Assembly: GCA_034408875.1 (NCBI GenBank)
Contig: JAWXCJ010000011.1
Span: 1 to 46,745 of the forward strand
DNA from: Actinomycetota bacterium
GTDB taxonomy: Bacteria > Actinomycetota > Acidimicrobiia > IMCC26256 > PALSA-610
Reading direction: 5' to 3'
DNA: 46,745 nucleotides
Below are positions 7,689 through 16,200 of the stretch, piece after piece; the stretch's first letter is position 1, and the number at the start of each line of letters is the position of its first letter. The position numbers and the translations under genes were made by a program. Below the pieces are notes generated by a model that had not been told where the DNA came from, did not search any database, and was given only the letters and a program-made list of their open reading frames with translations.

Positions 7689-9074
7689 CTACCCGCCGGA
7701 ACACTTCCCGCCGCTGGCGTCGGCCAGTTCGGTCACGCCCTTCCAGTCGCCGTTCTCGCCGATCGTCGGGTCGAACTGCACGATGCGGTACATGTCGTTG
7801 GCTGCGTACTTGCCCTCGCACAACGAAGCGACGGTGGCCGTGGGCAACTCGATTGATCCGAGCCCGTGAATCGCCGTGGTCCAGCTCTCGTTGGTGACAC
7901 CCGCGCCGGCGGCCTCGAGCCCGAGTACGAGCATCTCGACCTCGTCGCAGAAGTCCTCGACGGCGACGAACTCTTCGACGTTCTTGCCGTTCTCGTTCGG
8001 GACGATGTCGTCGGGCCGAACGATCTCGTGGCCGATCGCTGCCTCCACCGCGTCGATGCAATTCTGCAGCTTGGCATTCGGCTCGGCCCACCGTTCCGAC
8101 CGGGTCTCGCCGTCGAGGCTGATGAGTCCTTCGTACGGATTCGGGTCGGCGCCCGACGCGACAGCGTCCTGCGCCGACGCTGAGAGGGAGGGCGAGTCGG
8201 CGATAAGGACCACGCCCGGCATTTCGAGCGCGATCTTGTCGGCGAACTGCTTCGCCGGCGCGGTGAGCCCGGCCGTGAAGATCGTGTCGACGCCCTCTTC
8301 CTTCCACCGGGCGATGAAGCCGTCGAGCTGCGACTGCGCGGCCGACGTGTCGGTCCCCGTGATCGTGAGTACCGCTGTCGAACCGAGATCAGCCTCGATC
8401 TCTTCGAGGCCCGGGACGATCACTTCGTCGATCCGGGTCTCCGACTTGTCGTCGCCCAGCACCGCGACCTTCTTACCCTCGAGCATGCCTTCCTCTCCGA
8501 GCAAACGGATGAGGTTGCCGGCAGTCGCTTCGGGGGTACCACCCGGCGTCAACAACAACGCCGGCGGAGCCTCGTCGATCCACGCGTCCTGCAACTCGTG
8601 GCCGATGTGGATCGTTTCCTTGTCGCGCGTGAGGCAGAGCTGCCCCTCGCCCGTGAAGTCGATGAACACACCGAGGACGGCGAATACTTCTTCGTCGTCG
8701 GCCATGCCGGTGCAGATCGCCTGCGGGCTCGGCTCGCTGCCGGGAATCGGCGGGTACTCGCGGAAGACAGCCTCCAGCGTGTACGGCACGCGCCCGTCGG
8801 CGTTGTAGTCGTCGATGACCGCCTGCGCGATCGCCTCCTGGTCGCCGCGCTCGAAGTCGACGAAGTCGGCAATGGCCGAGTAGTCGACGAGCACGACACC
8901 GATCTTCAGCGGCTCGGCGTCAGCAGACGCGTCGTCGTCGGCCTCGGTCGTATCCGTGGCCGGGTCGTCATCGTCGTCGTCACCACCACACGCGGCAAAC
9001 ACCAATGCCCCGACGCAAAGCGCTGCGAACAACGCACGACTCCGTGCCAACCCCGACAGTCCGGACCGACGCAT
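7689..9074 (-). CDS. ABC transporter substrate-binding lipoprotein (LivJ/Peripla_BP_6-like)
   Basis: Signal peptide plus lipobox MRRSGLSGLARSRALFAALCVGALVFAAC, then an acidic linker GGDDDDDDPATDTTEADDD and a type-I periplasmic binding fold-like body. I prefer the ATG at 9074 (AGGGGGG Shine-Dalgarno) over the GTG at 9092. It is convergent with the permease genes, 12 nt apart. Confidence 0.8.
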   Translation of the reverse strand: MRRSGLSGLARSRALFAALCVGALVFAACGGDDDDDDPATDTTEADDDASADAEPLKIGVVLVDYSAIADFVDFERGDQEAIAQAVIDDYNADGRVPYTLEAVFREYPPIPGSEPSPQAICTGMADDEEVFAVLGVFIDFTGEGQLCLTRDKETIHIGHELQDAWIDEAPPALLLTPGGTPEATAGNLIRLLGEEGMLEGKKVAVLGDDKSETRIDEVIVPGLEEIEADLGSTAVLTITGTDTSAAQSQLDGFIARWKEEGVDTIFTAGLTAPAKQFADKIALEMPGVVLIADSPSLSASAQDAVASGADPNPYEGLISLDGETRSERWAEPNAKLQNCIDAVEAAIGHEIVRPDDIVPNENGKNVEEFVAVEDFCDEVEMLVLGLEAAGAGVTNESWTTAIHGLGSIELPTATVASLCEGKYAANDMYRIVQFDPTIGENGDWKGVTELADASGGKCSGG

Positions 9075-9110
9075 TGCAACCCCCCTGGTCACCGATTGGC
9101 CAGGACTCTA

Positions 9111-9124
9111 TGACGCAAACGTCA
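9111..9124. promoter_or_regulatory. TGAC-N6-GTCA palindrome in an AT-richer promoter region upstream of the binding-protein gene
   Basis: tgacgcaaacgtca read directly. It sits about 40 nt upstream of the ATG at 9074, in the locally AT-rich stretch 9108-9146. Confidence 0.35.
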
Positions 9125-9264
9125 GTTTGTCTTGGCATAAATTCTTGGTCGGGTTCGCCCGGCCGCGGCGACCGGAGCGACGGAGGAGCGCAGGAAGCCC
9201 GCCGGGAGCGATGACGATCTCTCGAGCGCCGAAGGCGCCCCCGCAGTCGGAACCCGACCCAGAA

Positions 9265-10863
9265 TTACGCCAGCGCGACCAAGTCCATGAGGTCATCGGA
9301 CCAGTAGTCCAATGTTCCCTCGGGCATCAGCAGGACCCTGTCTGGCGCTAGTGCTTCTACGAACTCGACGTCGTGACTGACCAGGAGCATTGCGCCTTTC
9401 CACTCGCGCAGCGCCGTACCGACCGCGGTCCGCGAGGGCGGGTCGAGGTTGTTGGTCGGTTCGTCGAGGAGGAGGAGGTTGTGGCCACCGGCGACGAGCA
9501 TCGACAGCGAGAGCTTGGTTTTCTCACCGCCCGAGAGGGTGCTCGCGTCCTGGAAGGCGAGGTCGCCGCGCAGTCCGAACATGCCGAGCAGCCCGCGCAG
9601 GTACTGGTCGGTGAGCGTGCTCGGCGCGACGGTGCGGGCATGCGCCAGTGCCGACTCCCCGGCCGAGATGTTCTCGTGCTCCTGCGCGTAGTAGCCCATC
9701 GAGACGTTGTGCCCGAGGCGCACCTCGCCCAACTCGGGTTCGAGTTCACCGGTGAGTGAGCGCAGCAGCGTGGTCTTGCCGGCACCGTTGAGGCCGAGCA
9801 CAAGGAGCCGTTCGGTGCGACCGACGTCGAATGTGACATCTTCGAAGATGGTCTTGCGGCCGAACGCCTTGGCCAGGTCCTTCACTTCGAGCACGGTCTT
9901 GCCCGCGCGCGGCGGCACCGGGAGCGTGACCCGCATCGTCTTCTTGGCCTTGGGCGCGTCGATCTTCGTCGCCGCCATGCGGTCGACGCGCGCGTCGAGC
10001 ACCTTGGCGAGCCGGGCGCGCGACTGGGTTTGATGCCGCATGCCGTCGGCCAGCGTTTTCAGGCGCTTCATCTCCGACTCCTGGCGCGTCGCGATCTTCG
10101 TACGCGACTTCTCGTCGACTTCGCGGGCCGTGAGGTACTGCGAGTAGGTCCCCTTGTATTCGACGAGTTCACCCTCGTCGAGGTGCAGCACGCGGGTCAT
10201 GGCGTGGTCGAGCAACGCGAGGTCGTGGCTGATGACGAGGAGCGCGCCCTTGAAGGTGCGCAAGAAGTTCATCAGCCATTCCTTGGCATCGACGTCGAGG
10301 TGGTTTGTGGGTTCGTCGAGGAGAAGCACGTCGCTGGCGGCGAAGAGGATCCGCGCTAATTCGGCGCGGCGTCGCTCGCCACCTGAAAGCGCGCCGATCG
10401 GGAGGTCGAGCCGGTCGGGTGCAAGGCCGAGGCCGTCGACCATGCGGCGCACCTCGGCTTCGGCCGCGTACCCACCGGCGTCGCGGAACGCGTCCTCGGC
10501 GTTCGAGTACGCCCGTACGTTGCGGGCCGACGGGTCGGCGTCGACTTTGTGGCGGAGATCGTCGAGTTTGCCGGCCGCGGCGTCGAGGCCCCGGCCCGAA
10601 AGCACGTGAGCGAGCGCGGTGCCGTCGAGTCCCTTGCCGCGCGACGGCGGGTCCTGCGGCAGGTACCCGAGACCCTCGCGCGGCCGGGAGACGACACCAC
10701 TCGCGGCGTCGGCGTCGCCGGCAATCACCTTCAACAGCGAGGTCTTGCCCGCACCGTTGCGGCCGACGAGGCCGACCTTGTCACCGGCATGCAACGAGAA
10801 CGACGCGCCCGCGACGACGTACTTACCGCCGACCTCGACCGCGACTTCCCGGGCTTGGAGCAC
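9265..10863 (-). CDS. ABC-F family ATPase (two tandem NBDs, no TM domain)
   Basis: Two Walker A motifs (GRNGAGKTS, GLNGAGKTT) and two signatures (LSGGERRR, LSGGEKTK). A charged inter-domain linker (KSRTKIATRQESEMKRLKT..) is present and there are no hydrophobic spans. Confidence 0.9.
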   Translation of the reverse strand: MLQAREVAVEVGGKYVVAGASFSLHAGDKVGLVGRNGAGKTSLLKVIAGDADAASGVVSRPREGLGYLPQDPPSRGKGLDGTALAHVLSGRGLDAAAGKLDDLRHKVDADPSARNVRAYSNAEDAFRDAGGYAAEAEVRRMVDGLGLAPDRLDLPIGALSGGERRRAELARILFAASDVLLLDEPTNHLDVDAKEWLMNFLRTFKGALLVISHDLALLDHAMTRVLHLDEGELVEYKGTYSQYLTAREVDEKSRTKIATRQESEMKRLKTLADGMRHQTQSRARLAKVLDARVDRMAATKIDAPKAKKTMRVTLPVPPRAGKTVLEVKDLAKAFGRKTIFEDVTFDVGRTERLLVLGLNGAGKTTLLRSLTGELEPELGEVRLGHNVSMGYYAQEHENISAGESALAHARTVAPSTLTDQYLRGLLGMFGLRGDLAFQDASTLSGGEKTKLSLSMLVAGGHNLLLLDEPTNNLDPPSRTAVGTALREWKGAMLLVSHDVEFVEALAPDRVLLMPEGTLDYWSDDLMDLVALA

Positions 10864-10883
10864 CAGACATCATCGCGCGCGGG

Positions 10884-11900
10884 CTACCCGCCCTGGTCCG
10901 CGGACTTGTAGCCGGGGGCGCCGGCCTCGACCCATTCGCCGACGAAGTCGAAGAATTCCTGGCCGAAGGGGTCTCCGCCCCGCAGGGGCAGGGTGCCCCG
11001 GCGGATGGTGAAGTCGTACGGGGCAAGTTTCGCGGCCTCGGCGAAATGCACCTCGGCCCGGTCGTCGCGCCCGACCCGGTGCAAATACGCGCCGAGGCGG
11101 CGTTCGGCGCGCGCCAGCTGTTGCTCGGGGGTCGTGACGATCAGCCGGGCCTGCGCCTCCTCGGCCGAGTACGGCAGCACCCCGTCGCGCACCCAGGCGC
11201 GGAGCTGCTCGTGGTGCACGGCGGAATCGATCTGGGTGAAGTCCTTGAACATGTCGTTCACGGGCGCGTTGACGGGCGCGCGCACGACGCGGTCTTCCTC
11301 GTCGATCCAGATGACCGTCGGCACGTTGTAGATACCGAGCTGGTCGGCCGTCAGGTGGCCCGGGTCGACGAGCGCGGGATACGTGGGCGATGCGGCCTCG
11401 ATCCATTCGCGCGCGGCCGGCGCCTCGTCGAGCGCGACGGCGACGACGGTGAATCCGTACTCAGCGAGTTCGTCGTGGAGTTCCTGCCACCCGGGCAGGT
11501 CGTAGCGGCAGCCTCACCACGAAGCCCAGGCGAAGAACAGTTTCTTCTTACGCCCGATCGACGACCACGTGAAAGCTGTGCCGTCGACGTCGTGCAGGGT
11601 GAAGTCGCCGACCTCCATGCCGGTCTGCTGCTCGGCTCGTTTCGTAGCAGGCGTTCCGAGGACCGCGACCTGCGCATCGTCGTCGACCGCGAACGGAGTG
11701 CGCAGTGCCGCGGCCGCGGCGCGCAGGTCGACACCACCCTCGACGGCGACGTTCCCGTCCCGCACGGGCACACACACGGCGCCGCGGCAGAGCCCTTCGG
11801 GCTTCAGCTCCCATCCGGTGGCGCGAGTGAGGGCGTCGGGCGCGACGACGAGTCCGGTGATCTCGACCTCGCCGTCGTTGGCGATCAGGGTCCAGGTCAT
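10884..11900 (-). CDS. TlpA/ResA-like thioredoxin-fold redoxin with an in-frame TGA at the active site (probable selenocysteine; motif WASW-U-GC)
   Basis: ORFs 10884-11324 and 11514-11900 share one frame (1017 nt = 339 codons). The only stop between them is TGA (plus-strand tca, 11514-11516). The connecting 11325-11513 is open and reads as redoxin sequence. The TGA replaces the first Cys of the WCxxC-type active site. The ATG overlaps the amidase stop (ATGA). Confidence 0.7.
11483..11499 (-). other. candidate bacterial SECIS apical hairpin (CCUGCC-CGGGU-GGCAGG), with its 5-nt loop beginning 21 nt 3' of the UGA
   Basis: Read on the minus strand: UGA GGCUGCCGCUACGA CCUGCC CGGGU GGCAGG. 6-bp GC-rich stem and a 5-nt loop containing GGU. 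The distance falls in the range reported for bacterial SECIS elements. Not validated with a covariance model. Confidence 0.4.
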
Positions 11901-13285
11901 CGGGGGGCTCCGGGTGCAACAAGCGGCCAGGGACGTTCGCGTTCGGCGGCGAGGGCCATATCGAGCAGCCAGCCTTCGCGGTGATGCGGGGCGAGCACCT
12001 GCAGCCCGACGGGTAGACCGCGCACGGTGCCGACCGGTATCGACAGCGCGGGGCTGCCGTAGATGTTCGCGGGAATGGTCAGCGCGCCGTTGTTGCCGGG
12101 GCTGACCTCGACGCCGTTGACGACGTTCGGGAGCGGCCCCTCCGCGCCGAACGCGACGTCGGGGTTCGTCGACGCGATGACGAAATCGACCTGGTCGAAA
12201 AGGTCGGCCATCGCTTCGTTGGTGCGCACGCGCGTGGCCTCGATCTTCGCCCGCACATCGATGTTGTACATCTTCTCGGCGATGCGCAGGCCGAAGCGAA
12301 TCTCACGCGTGAGGTCGCCCATGCAGTCGGGCCAGAGGTCACCCAAGTCCTTGCGCACTTCGGCGAGACCGGCGAGGGCCCACTCCAAACTCAACTCGGG
12401 CAACTTCACCGGCACGTCGACGAGTTCGAGTCCCCAGGTACGCGCGAGGTCTTCGGCGGCGGCAACGACAGCGGCCGCGACGTCGTCGGCGACGGCCGCG
12501 ACGCCGAGGTCGACGGCGATGACGGCGCGTTTGCCCCGGAGGTCGTACGAACCGAGGCCGGATTCCCAGCCTTCGACGCGCGGAAGGCTGTAGGGGTCGC
12601 GCGAGTCGAATCCGTTGCACACGTCGAGATAGCGCGCCATGTCGCGGACCGAGCGCGAGAGGCATCCGCTCACTGCGGTCAGGGACCCGATGACGAGATC
12701 GGGTCCCTTCGGGATCCGTCCGTAGGTGTTCTTCAGACCGGGAAGGCCGGTGAACGCAGCCGGGATACGAATCGATCCACCGCCGTCACCGCCGGTCGCG
12801 AGCGGGACGAGCCCGCCCGCCACCGCTGACGCGGCACCGCCCGAGGAACCACCGGGTGTGTGGTCGTGGTTCCAGGGATTGAGCGTCGCGCCGTTCAACT
12901 TCGTGAACGTCAGGTTCACACCACCGAACTCGCTCGCAGTCGTGAGACCGACAAGCACGGAGCCCGCGTCTCGCAACCGTTGCACCATCGTGGAGTCGTG
13001 CGTTGCGACGCGGTCGCGCAGTACGACTGACGCCTCGGTCAGCGGCCATCCCGACACGGGCGACAACTCCTTCACGCCGACGGGCACGCCGCCGAACGGC
13101 AACGACACGTCTGCGCGTTCGGCCTCGGCGCGCGCCTCGTCGGGCGCGAGATACGAGAACGCGTTCAGTTCCGAAGCGTCGATCGCCGCGAGTGTCGCGT
13201 CGAGTTCCTCGAGCGGGCTGCGTTCGCCCGCGCGAAACGCGTCGACCAAGCTGCACGCATCTCCCAGCCAGGGCTCACTCGTCAT
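11897..13285 (-). CDS. amidase (amidase-signature family)
   Basis: Signature GGSSGGAASAVAGGLVPLATGGDGGGSIRIPAAF. 462 aa. Its start overlaps the AftD-like stop by 11 nt. Confidence 0.9.
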   Translation of the reverse strand: MTSEPWLGDACSLVDAFRAGERSPLEELDATLAAIDASELNAFSYLAPDEARAEAERADVSLPFGGVPVGVKELSPVSGWPLTEASVVLRDRVATHDSTMVQRLRDAGSVLVGLTTASEFGGVNLTFTKLNGATLNPWNHDHTPGGSSGGAASAVAGGLVPLATGGDGGGSIRIPAAFTGLPGLKNTYGRIPKGPDLVIGSLTAVSGCLSRSVRDMARYLDVCNGFDSRDPYSLPRVEGWESGLGSYDLRGKRAVIAVDLGVAAVADDVAAAVVAAAEDLARTWGLELVDVPVKLPELSLEWALAGLAEVRKDLGDLWPDCMGDLTREIRFGLRIAEKMYNIDVRAKIEATRVRTNEAMADLFDQVDFVIASTNPDVAFGAEGPLPNVVNGVEVSPGNNGALTIPANIYGSPALSIPVGTVRGLPVGLQVLAPHHREGWLLDMALAAERERPWPLVAPGAPR

Positions 13286-16200
13286 GGGGTCGCCACCTGT
13301 CGTCGTCGTTCGCTTCGGGCCGGCTCGGACGAAGTGTACGGAACGTTTCGATCACGGCGTCGGCCCCGAGCAGGGCGAGCGCAAGCCAGCCGAGGGTCCG
13401 GGCCCACGGGAACAACACCGGCCACTCGAAGATCGGGTCGAATTCGTACCGCCGTTGGCCGTACACGATGTACAGCGCGGCGATCCCCAGCAGGAGCGGG
13501 GGCGCGAGCGCCAGCACCACCCGCGCGCGCGGGCGGAGCACGGCGAGCGCGGTGAGCGCGGCCGCGACGACACCGATCCACGGCGCCGCGACCAGCGCCG
13601 CGACCCCGCCTGCCACCACCACGGTCGCGACCCGCGCCCACGTCGGCAGCGGTATCCCGTCGGCGCCGGGCAGCCCGAGCTCGACGTCGGCATCACCTGG
13701 CATGGCAGTCACCACCGTTCGAGCCCGGCGCCAGGTCAGCGCGATCAGAACGCAGCACAGGATCGCGACGCCGAGCGAAATCCACAGTGATGCCCAAACC
13801 CTACGTTGCGGCGTCCAGTCGAGGACGATGTCGAACGAAGTCGCGGTCGGTGTCACATACCAGCCGTTCGCGTATCCGTCGACGAGTTGTGGCGGGCCGA
13901 GGTCGTCGCCCCCCGGCACTCGGGCCGTCCACCCCTCGCTGTGCGACTGCCCGAGTACGAGCCAGAACGGCTCGGTGGCCGCTTCGACTTTGACCGAAAT
14001 GCGCGTACGCCCGTTGTCGGCCACGTGCACGACCGGGGTCGGCGGCGCGCTGGCGGCCCCCGACGTGACGCGACCGTCCTCGGCCGTGAACACCTGATCT
14101 CCGCCATCAGCGGCGAAGACGAGTCGGTCGAGCTCGACGCCCGTGTCGACACCGGACGCGGCCCGGACCACGTGCCGTCCCGGCCCCAGGGTGATCTCTT
14201 CCCGGCACGGTTCGACCGTCAATCGCTCCATGGCCGCCGCCGCGGCCCCCGTGCCGACGATGCGAACCGGAACCGGACGGCCGTCGATGCGCAGCAGATC
14301 GGCGCGACACTCCTCCGAGAGCAGCCGCGGCGGCGCGTCGAGCGTCAATTCGGCGATACCCAGTTCGGCGATGCCCGCCGGTAGTAGGGAGGTGCTGGCG
14401 CCGTCGAGTGTGAATGTGAGCTGTTCGCGTACGTCGACGATCGTGACGCGCACACGGCGACCGGTCATCGGTGCGACGTCGATCGGGATCGCGACCGTCG
14501 AATTCTCGCCCGCCTGGTCCTCGATCGTCGGGAGCACGACGTCGCGAACTTCGTCATCGACTTCGACGCGAAGGCGAGTCGGTACCGAGTGCCTGCCGTC
14601 GGCGATCACCTGGAGATCGAGATGGTCCACGGTCAGCGGGTCCGGCGCAATGAATTCGGCCCACTGACCGCGCACGCCGATGAACGGAGTCTGCCAGGCC
14701 GTCGCCGCGTCACCGTCGATCGCGGCGTCGGCGCGGCAGGCGACGCAGCCCTTCAGGAACTCACGGGCGTCGGTCGAGATCCCGCCCGCTTCCGGCGTCG
14801 GATATCCGAGCGCGCGGTCGATCGCGGCGTGGTCGGCCGCACTCGTGACCCGGGCGTCTCCCGTCACCGTGAACGTGCGCGCCGTAGGGAGCTCGAACTC
14901 GCGCACGATCGCCACTTCCGGGTCGGTGCGCGGTGGGATCGGGACGACCCGCTCCCGATTCATCACGACCACCAACGGATGGTCGACCGAGTCGGCACCG
15001 GTCGCGCCGAGCAGGTCCGTCGGCATCCGCACGACTTCTTCGACGCGCACCGTCCGGTTGCTCACGTCGTCGCGCACGCGCACTTCGGCAAAGCCCACCG
15101 CGTCGGCGCCACCGTGCCAGCGTCGCTTTCCCACATTGACGGCGGACACCTCGATGTCGAGGGTGCGAAACCGGCGTTGGTCGAAACGCAGGCGCTGGCC
15201 TTCGGCGGTGCGGGACGAACCGTCGAGTGTGAATGTCTCGGCCGGACCGCCGTCGAAGCTGACCTGTACCTCGGTGATGAACCGATCGCGTCCACCGGTA
15301 AGCGGTTGTACGACCTCCACTGCGTTCGTCGTGATCGGTTCGTCGAGCACGACGTGCAGGCGTTGCCCGATCGCGGCACCGAAGCCGCCGGCGCGCCAGG
15401 CGGTGGCGGCGTCGCCGTCGAAGGCACGCGCGGCGCGGTCTTCGGACGTGTACGAGATCACGTTGCCGTAAGCGGTCGCGGCGACCCACCGGACACCCTG
15501 CTGGTCGACGACGGTCTGTGCGCTCGGTCGTTCGTCGGGAAACACGTCGAGGCGGGCGTCACCGAGATCGCGGCGCAGTGCTTCCTCGCCCGGTTGTTCG
15601 GTGACGCCGACGTTGTCGAGCACCGAACTCCATTTGCGCGCTCGACGGCGGTTCGAGTCGGTCACGACGAGCAACATGTCGTCGGCAATCGCGTCGCGGA
15701 GCTTCTCGTCGTCGCCGAACGACGCCGAATACTGCACGACGCCGGCGTCATCGAGGAGACCGAGATCGGCGACGTCGACGAGCCCTTCGCCGTCACCGGC
15801 GATCATGACCGCGCGCTCGTCGGACTCGGCCCGCACGATCGGCGCGGGGTCCTCCACCGCGTACACGACCACCGGGCTCGACAACGGCTCGTTCACCGGA
15901 GCCCGCAACGTCAACTCGTCTTCGTGCGGCTTCGCCAACGCCGGTGCGGTCGGTGCGCCGAATGCGCGCGGCGAACCGAGGCCGGGCATTTCAGCGAACG
16001 CCCGCGCCAGTTCACGGTTCGTGATCACGTCGTAGCGTTCGAACTGGATGTCGTTGCGGAGGACCACGGCGCCGACGCCCATGCGCCGAGCGATCGCAGT
16101 GAACCCGCGCTCGTCGAACAGTCCCTCCTGGAGCCGGCGGTCGACCGCGTTGAGGAGATCGGCGGTTCCCGGCCCGCCGTACGGAATGAGCTCGCGCGCG

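Noticed and set aside
8964-8981. Short GTC/GAC trinucleotide run (gtcgtcatcgtcgtcgtc) encoding the DDDDDD linker of the binding lipoprotein; a possible slippage-prone repeat.
   Set aside because: There are only six units, one of them interrupted. Acidic linkers after the lipobox are common. There is no evidence of length variation from a single sequence.
9147-9164. GGTCGGG-TTCG-CCCGGCC hairpin (UUCG tetraloop on the plus strand) in the gap between the ABC-F and binding-protein genes. I also checked whether this gap could hide a tRNA T-arm.
   Set aside because: Both flanking genes are on the minus strand, where the stem contains a C-A mismatch and the loop is CGAA. There is no acceptor/anticodon arm context and no T-tract. 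It is too weak to call a terminator or an RNA gene.
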